DNA of 64,000 bases, taken from an uncultured Planctomycetota bacterium. GTDB taxonomy: Bacteria > Planctomycetota > PLA2 > JAEUHO01. Below are positions 9,895-20,846 of this stretch, one piece after another. Under the pieces are notes generated by a model. That model did not search any database, was not told the origin of the DNA, and was given only the letters and a program-made list of their open reading frames with translations. Position 1 is the stretch's first letter. Every line of letters begins with the position of its first letter. The stretch is taken from contig CAVVXN010000005.1 in assembly GCA_963752285.1 (NCBI GenBank), positions 1-64,000 on the forward strand. The letters run 5' to 3'. The position numbers and the translations under genes were made by a program.

Positions 9895-10365
9895 CTACCC
9901 GCGCAGGAGGGCCAGCCGTTCCTCGGGCCCGAAGACCCAGTCGTCGGACGCCACGTACGCGCGTAGCCAGCATCCGTCGGCGTCGTCGCGCAGGTAGAAG
10001 CCACGGGGCACGGTCTCATCGGGGTGAGTCCGTGCGGAGGCGACCGTGATCCTCGGCGCCACGGGCTGTTCGCGCCAGGCCAAGCGCAACAGCAGGGCCA
10101 CCTCGAGCGGGCAAGGGGCGAGGCCCCGGTCGGCCACGTCTCGGAGCAACGGGTCCAGCCGCGCCCCCGCGGCCCAGCCCAACGAGCCGACGGAGTGCAC
10201 CTCCACGCGGACGGTGGTGGACTCGGGCGCCACGTCCACCCGCCCTCCTTCCAGCAGCTCCTCGGCGTAGGCGTTCCATTGCACACGGGCCTGCCGGAGC
10301 GCGGTGACCAACGCCAACAGGGGCTGGCGGCCCAGGGTGAGCACGACGGGCGGGGGGAGCGTCAT
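9895..10365 (-). CDS. Conserved hypothetical protein (GLxxCPLE..LRL / PRGFYLR..WLRxY motifs)
   Basis: Coding-like composition; motif pattern recalled from a widespread family of unknown function. Confidence 0.7.
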   Translation of the reverse strand: MTLPPPVVLTLGRQPLLALVTALRQARVQWNAYAEELLEGGRVDVAPESTTVRVEVHSVGSLGWAAGARLDPLLRDVADRGLAPCPLEVALLLRLAWREQPVAPRITVASARTHPDETVPRGFYLRDDADGCWLRAYVASDDWVFGPEERLALLRG

Positions 10366-10613
10366 GATGGTTCGGTGTCGATGTGAGTTGACCCTACCGG
10401 GACCGGGACCCGGGGGGGCGGCGATGCCAGGAGCACCCGTGGTCCGGACGTACAACCTCAGGGCGATACGATTGTGCGGAGGCCCGAACGGCCCCGGGAT
10501 CCTCGCCGACGACCGGTCGACCGCGAGTCGATCACGGTCGATCACGGTCGAGGGCGTTCGGACCGAGAGAGCGCATGCGGTCGAACCCACGGACCACCTG
10601 GGAGGGGGCTTGG

Positions 10614-11246
10614 ATGAGACGCGAGCGTAGCGTCATCTCGTCCGGGCGCTTTGCGCGCTTGGCCCGCGCCGGCCGTCTCCGGCTCGCCCTCACGGTCGCC
10701 CTGATGCTGCTGCCGGGATGCGGCCCGCCCAAGAACGCGGGACGGTCTCCACGCCAAGCCTCGGACGACCTGGTGGAGTGCTACGTCTGGCGAGGACAAG
10801 ACGACGGGGGACGGCCTCGGCCGCCGGGGTGGGAGGATGTCTACGAATTGGTCCTCTACCCGGATCGAACCTATCGGGCCCTGCTGCACTTCCGGGGTGG
10901 GCCCTCCACGATGGACAGCTTCGACGCAGGCCGGTGGGCTGCGAAAGACGGCTGGATCACGTTCGTCCCGGAGATCTGGACGGACGCATCCATGTGGCGG
11001 CGCTACTTCTGGACGCCGTTCGTCCCCGGCGAGAGCTTGGAGTGGGCCACGGAGCCCCAGATGATCGAGGACCCGCCCGGCTCGGGCCGATTCGCGAGCG
11101 ACCAGAGCAAGCCCCCCAAGACGGTCCGTATGAAGCGTGTGCCGTGTGGCGACCTGCCCCAGCGCGCCCAACGTGCGGCTGAGGATGCATGGGCCTCGTA
11201 CCTCGAGCTCTCCGACCGGTCGCCATTCCGAAGGAAGTCGGGATGA
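10614..11246 (+). CDS. Hypothetical lipoprotein
   Basis: GGAGG RBS; basic N-region, hydrophobic stretch and LLPG-C lipobox. Confidence 0.65.
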   Translation: MRRERSVISSGRFARLARAGRLRLALTVALMLLPGCGPPKNAGRSPRQASDDLVECYVWRGQDDGGRPRPPGWEDVYELVLYPDRTYRALLHFRGGPSTMDSFDAGRWAAKDGWITFVPEIWTDASMWRRYFWTPFVPGESLEWATEPQMIEDPPGSGRFASDQSKPPKTVRMKRVPCGDLPQRAQRAAEDAWASYLELSDRSPFRRKSG

Positions 11247-11343
11247 TCGCTCGCGCGAGGCGGCGGCCTGCGCGGCCCGAGACACGATTCCACGCGTCCC
11301 GGCGGAGCGAAATCGGGCAGCGGCGAGGGACACGGGGGCTTCG

Positions 11344-13104
11344 TCAGCGACCCGTCACCTCCGGCAGCGTGAGGACCACGTCCCCCGCGTCTTGCGCCGC
11401 GGCGGGGACGGTCGCGAGCCTGGTCTCGCCTGCCCAGAGGGTGAGGACCCACCGGCCCGGAGGGACGCCGCGGATCGTGAAGCGCCCGTCTTCGCCGACG
11501 TAGCCTCCGGCGCCCACGAGGAGTCGCCCGCGCGTGCAGGAGACGCTCCACTCCGTTTCGCCGCGCTTCTCGCGACCCTCGACCCGGCCGGTGTACGTGT
11601 GGCCGGGCTGGAGGCGGATCTCGACGGGGCCGTCCGAAGGGCGGACGTCCTCCCGGAGCGCGCATCGACCGGTCGCGGACTGGCAGGCGTAGATCGTGCC
11701 GGCGCGGTCCGGTACGCCCTTCACGACGAAGGACCCGTCGGGGCCGAGGTCGGCGTCGTAGCGCAGGTCTCCGGAGGTGAAGGAGAGGACGAGGCCCTCT
11801 CGGTCGTCGTCGAGGACCCGCCCGCGGAGGGTCGTTGCGCGCGCGAGGACGATCCGCACGCCTTCGACGGGGGCCCGGATCTCGATCGGGTCGGGATCGG
11901 CGTTCCGCGCGGTCCTCCGCCCCGCCCGGAGGACGAGCGGTCCCGCGGGCACGCACGCGAGGACGAAGTGGTTCGTGCGCCCGTCCGGGTCCCAGTGGCC
12001 GCCGGGACCGAGCGACTCGCCCTCGACGGTCCGCGCCGAGACGTACGCGTCGAGGACCGGACCGCCCTCCTCGTCCACGAGGTCTCCCTCGACGCGGGAC
12101 GGCGCCTCGAGCCGGAGCGTCATCTCGCCGACGCGGGGATCTACGTCGTGGACGACGCGGATCGGGTAGGGGAGCTCGACGTAGGACGTCATCGCCCAGA
12201 TGCGGAGGGGCCGGTCTGGCGGGACCCCTTCCGCGACGAGAACCCCGTGGGCGTCGGTCTTTCCCTCCGCGCGCCAGGTACCGTTCCCGAGCTCGAGGGG
12301 GAGGTCGGGTACGGGTCTGCCCTCCGGGTCCAACACGCGTACGTCGAGCCGATCGCCTCGCGCGAGGCGGATCTCGACCGACGTCTCCTCTCGCGGCACG
12401 GCGAGGGGAGCGACGGGGCGCCAGGGCGGCTCGGCGTCGATCCGCACGATCACCTCCTCCAGCGGCAGGCCGGCGAGGACGAAGCGACCCGCGGCGTCGG
12501 TCGTCGCGTGGCGCCCCGCGGCTTCGACGCGGATCCCAGAGAGCGGCGCGCCACCGTCGTCGAGGAGGGCGCCCTCGATCCGGCGCCCGGGCGCGAGGCG
12601 GATCGTGATCGGGCCGGCCTCGAGATCGACGTCGTCCAGGTTCGCCGACCGGAGGTTCAGCGGCTCGCCCTCCGTGGACCGCGCGTCGCCGGTCTCGATC
12701 GAGACCTTCGTGAATCGCGCGAGCCACGCCCTCGGGAATCGGTGCGCCCCGGCCTCGACCTCGATGGCGGGCCACGTCGTCTGGCCGTCCTCGCCTTCCG
12801 TCGTGACGAGGAGCGTCGCCCTGGGAACGGGCCGACCCGTGGCATCGACGACCTCGACGACGACGTCGTTCTCGTGTCCCTCGGCGGGCGCGATCTGCGA
12901 GTTCTCGCCGGAGGGGGCCGGCGCCAGATCGGGACGCGTGCCGACGAGCGACGGCGGGGTCGGCCTGTCCTCGCGTCCCTGGGGAGGCGCGGGCCTCGAC
13001 CCGCGGTCGCCCGACCCGCGAGACACCAAGCCGCGGCCGAGGGCGAAGCCCAGGAGCGCGAGGGCCACGAGGACGGCGGACCCCACCAGTGTCGTTCGTT
13101 TCAC
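11344..13104 (-). CDS. Carboxypeptidase-regulatory-like (CnaB/transthyretin-like) repeat protein, membrane-anchored
   Basis: N-terminal TM; repeated G.VVD..G.P+.GA.V and TD..GRF.+.G+P units. Confidence 0.8.
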   Translation of the reverse strand: MKRTTLVGSAVLVALALLGFALGRGLVSRGSGDRGSRPAPPQGREDRPTPPSLVGTRPDLAPAPSGENSQIAPAEGHENDVVVEVVDATGRPVPRATLLVTTEGEDGQTTWPAIEVEAGAHRFPRAWLARFTKVSIETGDARSTEGEPLNLRSANLDDVDLEAGPITIRLAPGRRIEGALLDDGGAPLSGIRVEAAGRHATTDAAGRFVLAGLPLEEVIVRIDAEPPWRPVAPLAVPREETSVEIRLARGDRLDVRVLDPEGRPVPDLPLELGNGTWRAEGKTDAHGVLVAEGVPPDRPLRIWAMTSYVELPYPIRVVHDVDPRVGEMTLRLEAPSRVEGDLVDEEGGPVLDAYVSARTVEGESLGPGGHWDPDGRTNHFVLACVPAGPLVLRAGRRTARNADPDPIEIRAPVEGVRIVLARATTLRGRVLDDDREGLVLSFTSGDLRYDADLGPDGSFVVKGVPDRAGTIYACQSATGRCALREDVRPSDGPVEIRLQPGHTYTGRVEGREKRGETEWSVSCTRGRLLVGAGGYVGEDGRFTIRGVPPGRWVLTLWAGETRLATVPAAAQDAGDVVLTLPEVTGR

Positions 13105-13538
13105 GCCCGGTTCCGAGATCGACGACGAGAGCCTATCGCCTGGCCCCGTGCCGGTCCACCGTGCGGCGCGTCCTCACGCGATGCCGTGGGCTGGGGGCGA
13201 GGCCGTGAGCGCCTCGGCCCTGCAGGTCGGTTTCCGGTCCCTCGACGACGTTCCCTCACGCGTGCCCGACATCGGGCCGCTCGGGAAGCGCGTCGGCACG
13301 GACCCGATCGCTCGTGGTGGGTCGAGCGCGCAGACGCGTGTCGATTCGCTCCCGCCGCGCACCGATTCCTCGCCCGGAAGACATGGGCCCCCGACGCATC
13401 GCCGCTCCGGCCCCGCCGCGACGAGCATGCCCAGGCAACGGCCGATCTTCATCGGAGGCGGTGGGACGTGAGGCCGAGCGCCTGCTCGGCCGATCCGAGC
13501 ACCGAGGGCGGCCTGGCGCCGCGCCCGCGGCGCCGAGG

Positions 13539-15008
13539 CTATCCGGCGTAGCTGCAGCCCTGTTGCGGCAGCTCGGCTTCACGGGCGCGCGCCTGGCGCG
13601 CCTTCTTTCGCCTCCGGTGCGCCAGGGCCTCGCCCACGAGGAACCCCGGCAGCCGCGCGAGCACCCGCAGCGGAGGTCCCCCGGTCCGGGCGCCCTTCCT
13701 CACGATGCGCAGGAACTGGCCCGGGCGATAGAAGTCGCGGTGGATTCGGCGGCGGATGCGTCGGAGGTGATCGGTCGAGTACCGATCCGAGTAGACGAGT
13801 CCGCTCGGGGCGATGTGATAGCCGGGACTCGAGGCCACCAACTGCTCCAGGCCGGAGTTTCGCTCGTTTCGAAGCATGGTCAGCTGGATGATGTCGAGCC
13901 CCAACTCGCGGGCGAAGGGGGCGATCTGGAGCATCTCCGCCTCCGTCTCGCCGATGTTCCCGACGATGAAGTAGCCGAAGAGGAGCATCTGGCTCTTCCC
14001 CAACACGTCGAAGAGCTCCCGCAGCCGGCTCGTGTTGAAGCCCTTCTTCATGGAGCGCAGCGTCTTGTCCTGCGCCGACTCGATACCCAGAAGCAGCATC
14101 GAGAAGCCCGCGCGCGCCATCTTCCGGAGGACGTCGGGCCTGCGCGCGATCTCGACCCGGGCGTTCACCCCGTACCGCTTGCGTATGCCGCGCGCCACCA
14201 GGAGATCGCAGATGGCCCCCACGCGATCCATGTCGTGCGTGAAGTTGTCGTCCACGAAACCGACGACGTCGGCGTCGATCTTCTCGATCTCATCGACGAC
14301 CGACTCCGGCGAGCGCGCGGACCACGCACGCTTCCCGCCCCAGGGGTTCCGGCTGAACGAGCAGAAGGTGCAGTTGAACGGGCAGCCGCGTGAGGACGCC
14401 ACGGTGTCGAACGTTCCCCCCTTGAGCCCGCCTTGGTCCATCGTGTACGTGTAGCGGCGCAGGCTCCGGTCCGGGTAGAGGTCGTCCCGCGTCGGGCCAC
14501 ACTGACGCACGGGATTGTGCACGATCCGTCCCGGGACCGGCGCCCGACCGCTGGGCGGCAGGCGCGTCGGGCCGGTGTCGGCGACGCGGTAGCTGATCCC
14601 GGCGATCTCCTCGAGCGGTCGGCCCCGCAGGATCTCGTCGATGATCTCCTCGCCGTCTCCCCGAACGACGATGTCGATGTTCGGGCAGCGCGAGAGCCAG
14701 GCCTCCGGGTTCTCCGTCACGTGCCTTCCACCCACGATGGTGCAAATCCCCGGCGGGACCGAGCGGATCTGCTCCTGTACGGGACCGCTCTCACGGTCCC
14801 AGTTCACGGAGAAGCACACGAGGTCGGTGTCCGGGCGCAGGAAGTCGACCGTGTTCCCGGTCTCGTGGCGCAGATCGATCACGTCGATCGCGTGGGCGTG
14901 CGGCCGAAGCGCACGGGCGACGAACTCGAGCCCCAGGGGCGGATAGTACCCGTTGCGGCGTCCAAGCTCGGACCGGTAGGGGTAGACGCACAGTACGTGC
15001 CGGTACAC
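13539..15008 (-). CDS. B12-binding-domain radical SAM protein
   Basis: PPLGLEFVA, IVGGRHVT, VVRGDGE, SRGCPFNCTFC (CxxxCxxC), FVDDNFT, GIESAQDKTLRSMKK. Confidence 0.92.
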   Translation of the reverse strand: MYRHVLCVYPYRSELGRRNGYYPPLGLEFVARALRPHAHAIDVIDLRHETGNTVDFLRPDTDLVCFSVNWDRESGPVQEQIRSVPPGICTIVGGRHVTENPEAWLSRCPNIDIVVRGDGEEIIDEILRGRPLEEIAGISYRVADTGPTRLPPSGRAPVPGRIVHNPVRQCGPTRDDLYPDRSLRRYTYTMDQGGLKGGTFDTVASSRGCPFNCTFCSFSRNPWGGKRAWSARSPESVVDEIEKIDADVVGFVDDNFTHDMDRVGAICDLLVARGIRKRYGVNARVEIARRPDVLRKMARAGFSMLLLGIESAQDKTLRSMKKGFNTSRLRELFDVLGKSQMLLFGYFIVGNIGETEAEMLQIAPFARELGLDIIQLTMLRNERNSGLEQLVASSPGYHIAPSGLVYSDRYSTDHLRRIRRRIHRDFYRPGQFLRIVRKGARTGGPPLRVLARLPGFLVGEALAHRRRKKARQARAREAELPQQGCSYAG

Positions 15009-15633
15009 CAGAGCACCTGCCTTCCTGCCGCGACATCGATCCGACGGACGGGCCCGATCGGGCCCACGTCGCCGGGCAACCTGCGCTTCGGGCTCTCTTC
15101 GGCCGCGAGTCCCGTCCGACTCTACCACTGCGAGGCTTTGGGCCGGTGCAAAGCGCCGCGAGCCCGAGCCACCGGGAGGAGGTGCGAGCGAGCGTCGGCG
15201 CCCCCTCCCACCCGCGCCGGGGCGCACGCTCTCCTCTCCAGATCGAGGGAGATCGACCGCGTCCGCGAGGGCCACTCGGCCCAGCGGGTGCGACCGCACG
15301 TACCGGATCGCACGACGTCGCGGGCGATACGCGGGTCGGGCACGTGGGCAAGGAGGGCGTGGCAACCGTGGGGGCCTCGCGGCCCGGGGATCTCGAGTCG
15401 CAGCATCAGGACGGGGTCCACCGACGCGCACCGTCCAAGCGGAACGCGTCGAGGGGACGCGACCACGGCGCCCAGCCGCCAGGAGGCAGGAGCGGTCGGG
15501 AACCGCGCGGCCCCGCGCACGGCCGTTCCGACAGACCGCGGCCTCGACGGGGAGGCGGGAACGAGCCGTGAGCTGGCCTCTTGGCGCGGCGTAGGGTTGC
15601 GAGGCGCCGTGGCCTGCGTCGTTCTCCGGGCGC

Positions 15634-16683
15634 CTATCCGTCCAACAGGTCGTCGAGGGCCGAAACGATCTCCGCGCCCGGATCGACCGTCTGCCGGGCC
15701 TGCCCCCAGGTGGCGGTGGCGAGGTCGTCCAGTCGGGCGAGGACCGCCGGATCGGTGTCGCTGTAGACGCAGAGCAGGTGGACGCCGGCCGCGAGGAGAG
15801 CGTCCGCCGCGTCCATGTCCCCGTGCGTCCCGCCGAACGCGTAGTCGACCGGGTCGTGCAGGGGGGAGTCGGTCAGGAGGACCACGGTACGCACCGCCGT
15901 CGGACGCCATCCCGGGTCGCCGGGCAGGATCTCGTAGCCGGCGAAGGGGCTCAGCCCCGGGCCGGTCGCCGACTGGTACACGGCCTCGAGCTGCGACCCC
16001 GGCGTGTCCCCGCCGCCGAGCGTCGAGAGGCCGGCAAACGTGAAGACGACCGCCGCCGTGCTCGACGTGAGTCCCTGACGGAGCTCGTACGCGACGTCCG
16101 TCGACGCTCCGTACGGTGCCTGCGGGAAGTCGGAGTGCACCGCGACTCCGAAGTTCGTGTCGGGGTGCGTCGCGCGAATCGACGCGAGGATCCCTTCGAT
16201 GGAGCCCTGAAGCGCGCTCAGCTCGGGCGAGTAGCTGCCCGAGAGGTCCACCAGGAGCAGGACGTCCACGGCGGCGGTGGTGGTGAACGACCAGACGTGC
16301 GGAGCGGCGAGTCTCGCACCCGTCGCCGCGGCGACGTCCGTCCCGACCGTGGCGGTGTACGTCACGCCGGCGGCGAGCGGTGCGTCGGGAACGAGCTGGG
16401 CCGTGCGTGTCGGCGCGTCGTACGCGACGGTCGCCGCGACGACGCCCGCGCCGGGGCGCGACAGCGTGAAGCTCTTCCCGTCGATCGAGGCGGCCGACAT
16501 CGGCTCGGAGAACACGGCTTCCACGCTCACGACGAGGAGCTGGTCCGCCGCGCCGGCGTCCGGAGTGGTCGCGACGACCGTCGGTCCCGGAGGGGGGCTG
16601 GATCCGTCGCCGGATCCGCCACCGCAGGCGCTCGCCCACGCGCAGGCGAAAAGCAGACCACCGAGCCGGAACGAGCTGCGCAC
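15634..16683 (-). CDS. Lipoprotein with Ig-like (Big_5/SbsA) and vWA domains
   Basis: ASA-C lipobox; PTVVATTP..FSEPMSAASI..WSFTT; MIDAS DLSGS, GGDTP, LLTD. Confidence 0.8.
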   Translation of the reverse strand: MRSSFRLGGLLFACAWASACGGGSGDGSSPPPGPTVVATTPDAGAADQLLVVSVEAVFSEPMSAASIDGKSFTLSRPGAGVVAATVAYDAPTRTAQLVPDAPLAAGVTYTATVGTDVAAATGARLAAPHVWSFTTTAAVDVLLLVDLSGSYSPELSALQGSIEGILASIRATHPDTNFGVAVHSDFPQAPYGASTDVAYELRQGLTSSTAAVVFTFAGLSTLGGGDTPGSQLEAVYQSATGPGLSPFAGYEILPGDPGWRPTAVRTVVLLTDSPLHDPVDYAFGGTHGDMDAADALLAAGVHLLCVYSDTDPAVLARLDDLATATWGQARQTVDPGAEIVSALDDLLDG

Positions 16684-16955
16684 GGCACCCCCCTCTCGTG
16701 TCGCCGCGGGGGGGCGTCCTCGGGCACGGCTCCAACCGCACAGCGCCCGGCGATCCTACCGAAGGTGGGCCGGACGCGCACCCCCCTGGATCGTCGCGGC
16801 GCCCGGAATCACCCGGCGGCACGTGGCGCCAGCAGGGCGTCGTCGCGCCAGATCTCGCGGCGGCCGCCCGCCGTGTCGCTTCGCACGGACGGCGACGAGC
16901 CGCGGCGTCGCCGCCGCGATCGCGCTCGCCGCCGCGAGATGCCGCGGGAGGCGCG

Positions 16956-17825
16956 CTACGGCGGAGTGACCCGGTAGAAGACCGCGTCGTCGAACGTGTC
17001 GCCCGCGTTCATGTCGCCCGTCTCGAACCCGTGCCGGAACCAGGCCACTCTCTGCGCGGACGTGCCGTGGGTGAACGAGTCGCGGACCACGGTGCCGCGC
17101 GCTTCCTTCTGCAGGCGGTCGTCGCCGACCGCGCTCGCCGCGTTGATGGCCTCCTCGACGTCGCCGGGCTCGAGGATGCTCCACCGCTCCTGCGCGTGGT
17201 GGGCCCAGACCCCCGCGAAGAAGTCCGCCTGGAGCTCGAGGCGGACCGAGAGCTGGTTCGCCTCGACCTCGCTCGACTTCTCCTGCCGGCGGTGGATCCT
17301 CTCCGAGATGCCCAGGAGGTTCTGCACGTGGTGGCCCACTTCGTGCGCCACCACGTAGGCCTGCGCGAAGTCGCCCGACGCGTGGAAGCGCGTCGCGAGC
17401 TCGTCGAAGAAGGCGGTGTCCAGGTAGACCTTGTCGTCGCCCGGACAGTAGAAGGGGCCGACCGCGGCGTCGGCGAGCCCGCAGGCCGACTGGACGCGAC
17501 CCGAGTAGCGGACGAGGATCGGATTCTGGTAGGTCCGTCCGGCCTGCCGGAAGAGCTCGGCCCAGACGTCTTCCGTGTCCGCGAGGACCGTGGCGATGAA
17601 CTCTCCCTCCTCGTCCGGGGTCCGGGGCGATCCCGATCGGGCCTGCGTCGTCGAGTCCGCGCCGCCGCCGAGCTGGCTCAGGATCTGGCTCGGGTCGCCG
17701 CCGAGGAGCATCACCACCACGATGATCGCGAGCGTCCCCAGCCCTCCCCCCACGAGCGCGCCGCCGGGCATCCGGCCGCGACGGTCCTCGACGTTCTCGC
17801 TCTGCCGCCGACCCTTCCAGCGCAT
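16956..17825 (-). CDS. ypfJ: Neutral zinc metallopeptidase (YpfJ family)
   Basis: MRWKGRRQSENVEDRRG, GPFYCPGDDKVYLD, AHEVGHHVQ, ELQADFFAG, FTHGTSAQR. Confidence 0.93.
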   Translation of the reverse strand: MRWKGRRQSENVEDRRGRMPGGALVGGGLGTLAIIVVVMLLGGDPSQILSQLGGGADSTTQARSGSPRTPDEEGEFIATVLADTEDVWAELFRQAGRTYQNPILVRYSGRVQSACGLADAAVGPFYCPGDDKVYLDTAFFDELATRFHASGDFAQAYVVAHEVGHHVQNLLGISERIHRRQEKSSEVEANQLSVRLELQADFFAGVWAHHAQERWSILEPGDVEEAINAASAVGDDRLQKEARGTVVRDSFTHGTSAQRVAWFRHGFETGDMNAGDTFDDAVFYRVTPP

Positions 17826-18124
17826 GTCTTCCACGCCTCCCGAACGAGTCCACCCTGAAGGGTACCTCCCCGGCGGTCGCCGCGGGCCGGAAGCGGGTCG
17901 TCGTCGCGGGCCCCTTGTCCAGACGAGCGCGTCCGGCACCTGGATGGGGGCGGACGGGCGGCCGTCTTCGCAGGCGGGCGAACAGGGCCCGTGGGGCGTC
18001 ATCGAAGACGTGACGGATCGCCGAGAGGGACGGAGGAGGAGGACGCGCGGGCCGCGCGCGGGCCGCTTGGCGCGCGCATTTCGAAGCGCGGGCCCGCGCA
18101 GGCCCTCCCCCTACAATTCGCGGG

Positions 18125-20548
18125 GTGTCCACGCGCCACCCCACGTTCGCACCCGGCTGGCCCGGAATCGAGCCGCGCTGGACGTCGAGTGCGAAGAGCG
18201 CCGTCGGCACCGCGCTGGGGTCCAGCGGGCGCGTTTGGTTCACGGTGAGTCACGGGATCCTGAACGAGGTCTACTACCCGCGCATCGACCAGGCCTGCAC
18301 GCGCGACCTGGGGCTCGTCGTCACCGACGCCCGAGGCTTCTTCTCCGAGGAGAAGCGTCACGCGGTCCACGAGTGCGCAGCGCCCGCGGACGGCGTACCC
18401 AGCTTCCGGCTGACCAACACCTGCAGCCAGGGGCGGTATCGAATCGTGAAGGAGGTCGTCGCCGACCCCGAGCGCGAGGTCGTGCTCCAACGGATCGACT
18501 TCCAAGTGCTCGACGCGCGCCTCGAGGACCCGCTGCTGTTCGTCCTCCTGGCCCCGCACCTCGCCAACGGCGGGGCGGGGAACACGGCGTGGGTGGGGGA
18601 GTTCAAGGGAACGCCGATGCTCTTCGCGGAGCGGGAGGAAACCGCGCTGGCGCTGGCCTCTTCCATCGGGTGGCGGCGTCGCTCGGCAGGATTCGTCGGC
18701 GTCTCCGACGGCTGGCAGGATCTCGCGGCCCACCACCGCCTGGCCTGGTCGTACGACCGCGCCGAGAACGGGAACGTCGCGCTCGTCGGGGAGATCGACG
18801 TCTCCGCGTCGGCTGGCGGCTTCGTCCTCGCTCTCGCCTTCGGCCGCACCTCCGGCGAGGCCGCGCACCGCGCCGCCGCCAGCCTGCGGGACGGCTTCGA
18901 CCGCGCCCGCACCGAGTGCCGCGCCGCCTGGGAGGCCTGGCAACGCACCCTGCTTCCCCTCGATCCCGGGCCCGGCGAACCGAGGAACGTCTACCGCACG
19001 TCCACCGCCGCCCTGCGGACGCACGAGTCCTCGCGCTTCCCCGGCGGGATCATCGCCAGTCTGTCCGTTCCGTGGGGCTTCTCGAAGGGCGACGGCGACC
19101 TCGGCGGCTACCACCTGGTCTGGCCGCGCGACCTCGTGGAGAGCGCGGGCGGGCTGCTGGCCGCGGGCGCGAGGGCCGACGCGAAGCGCGTGCTCGAGTA
19201 CCTCGCCGTGACGCAGGACGCCGATGGCGGCTGGCCCCAGAACATGTGGCTCGACGGCACGCCGTACTGGAGCGGCGTGCAGATGGACGAGACGGGCTTC
19301 CCCATCCTGCTGGTGGACCTGGCGCGGCGACACGGCGCGCTCGACCCGGACGCGGTCGCCTCTCTGTGGCCGATGGTTCGGCGGGCGGCTGGCTACCTCG
19401 TGGGAAACGGTCCCGTCACCCCCGAGGACCGGTGGGAGGAGGACCCGGGCTACTCGCCCTTCACCCTGGCGGTCGAGGTGGCGGCGCTCCTCTCCGCCGC
19501 GGACCTCGCCGACGCGTTCGAGCCGGCCATCGCGCCGTACCTCCGCGAGACGGCGGACGTCTGGAACGCGAACGTCGAGCGCTGGACCTACGTCCGCGAC
19601 ACCGACCTGGCGCGCGAGGTCGGCGTGCGAGGCTACTACGTGCGCATCGCGCCTCCCGACGGCGGGGGCGCGGCCTCGCCGATGACCGGGTTCGTTCCGA
19701 TCAAGAACCGCCCTCCCGAGGAGAGCCGGACCCCGGCCAGCCACCTCGTCAGCCCCGACGCGCTCGCCCTGGTCCGGTTCGGGCTCCGTGCGGCCGACGA
19801 TCCGCGCATCCTCGACACGATCGCGGTGATCGACCGGTTGCTCCGGGTCGATACGCCCGCGGGTCCGGCCTGGCGCAGGTACAACGGGGACGGGTACGGA
19901 GAGCACGCCGACGGGGCCCCCTTCGACGGCCGCGGCGTCGGCAGACCCTGGCCGCTGCTCACCGGGGAGCGGGCGCACTACGAGCTGGCCGCCGGGCGGC
20001 CGAGAAGCGCGGAGTCGCTGCGCGTCACCCTGTCGCGCCTCGCCAACGACGGCGGGCTCTTGCCCGAGCAGGTCTGGGACGCCGCCGACGTCCCGGAACG
20101 CGAGCTCGTCTTCGGAAGACCGTCGGGCTCGGCCATGCCGCTGGTCTGGGCGCACGCCGAGTACGTCAAGCTGTGCCGGTCCCTGGCCGACGGCCGCGTC
20201 TTCGACCTGCCGCCGCAGCCCGTCGAACGCTACCAGGTGCGGAAGGTGTTCTCTCCCTACGCTCCTTGGCGCTTCAACCACCGGTGTCGGGACCTGCCGG
20301 CGGGGCGGCGGCTTCGCATCGAGGTGCGCCAACCCGCCGTCGTCCACTGGAGCGACGACGGCTGGGACACCGTACACGATGCGCCGACGAGGGACTCCGG
20401 GCTGGGGCTTCACGTGACCGACCTGCCCACCGATCGACTCCCGGTGGGCCGTCGCGTGAGCTGGACGTTCCGTTGGACGCGGGACGAACGGTGGGAGGGC
20501 GTCGACTTCGCCGTCACCGTCCGCCCCGCGACCGACGTCGGGAGCTGA
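18125..20548 (+). CDS. Glucoamylase / glucan 1,4-alpha-glucosidase (GH15, glucodextranase-N type)
   Basis: PGIEPRWTSSAK, GGYHLVWPRD, QMDE, DRWEE, RYNGDGYGE, LPEQVWD, GSAMPLVWAHAEY. Confidence 0.93.
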   Translation: MSTRHPTFAPGWPGIEPRWTSSAKSAVGTALGSSGRVWFTVSHGILNEVYYPRIDQACTRDLGLVVTDARGFFSEEKRHAVHECAAPADGVPSFRLTNTCSQGRYRIVKEVVADPEREVVLQRIDFQVLDARLEDPLLFVLLAPHLANGGAGNTAWVGEFKGTPMLFAEREETALALASSIGWRRRSAGFVGVSDGWQDLAAHHRLAWSYDRAENGNVALVGEIDVSASAGGFVLALAFGRTSGEAAHRAAASLRDGFDRARTECRAAWEAWQRTLLPLDPGPGEPRNVYRTSTAALRTHESSRFPGGIIASLSVPWGFSKGDGDLGGYHLVWPRDLVESAGGLLAAGARADAKRVLEYLAVTQDADGGWPQNMWLDGTPYWSGVQMDETGFPILLVDLARRHGALDPDAVASLWPMVRRAAGYLVGNGPVTPEDRWEEDPGYSPFTLAVEVAALLSAADLADAFEPAIAPYLRETADVWNANVERWTYVRDTDLAREVGVRGYYVRIAPPDGGGAASPMTGFVPIKNRPPEESRTPASHLVSPDALALVRFGLRAADDPRILDTIAVIDRLLRVDTPAGPAWRRYNGDGYGEHADGAPFDGRGVGRPWPLLTGERAHYELAAGRPRSAESLRVTLSRLANDGGLLPEQVWDAADVPERELVFGRPSGSAMPLVWAHAEYVKLCRSLADGRVFDLPPQPVERYQVRKVFSPYAPWRFNHRCRDLPAGRRLRIEVRQPAVVHWSDDGWDTVHDAPTRDSGLGLHVTDLPTDRLPVGRRVSWTFRWTRDERWEGVDFAVTVRPATDVGS

Positions 20549-20846
20549 GGAGGCGCTGGCCGCGTGCGGCCGCGAGGCGCGGTTCCCCCGAACGCGTGGC
20601 GCACCCAGGGCGGCGTCCGGTCGATGGCCGACGACCCCCGCGGCCCCGACGAACGCCAGCCAAGGACCGTGGCGTGGGCGAGGGAGGGGGAACCGGACCA
20701 ACGGCTGCGACACGAGCCCCTACCGACACTCGGGATCCTCTACGTCGCTCTGGTCGAGGGCTTCGCTCCGGGCATCGGATACCATCGGGTCGCGCGCCCC
20801 TTCCTGGAATCGCAGATCTCGAACACGACCGGAGTCCACCCGCTCC

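Noticed and set aside
10527..10551. GTCGATCACG tandem repeat
   Set aside because: About 2.5 copies in an intergenic region; not distinguishable from chance or slippage.
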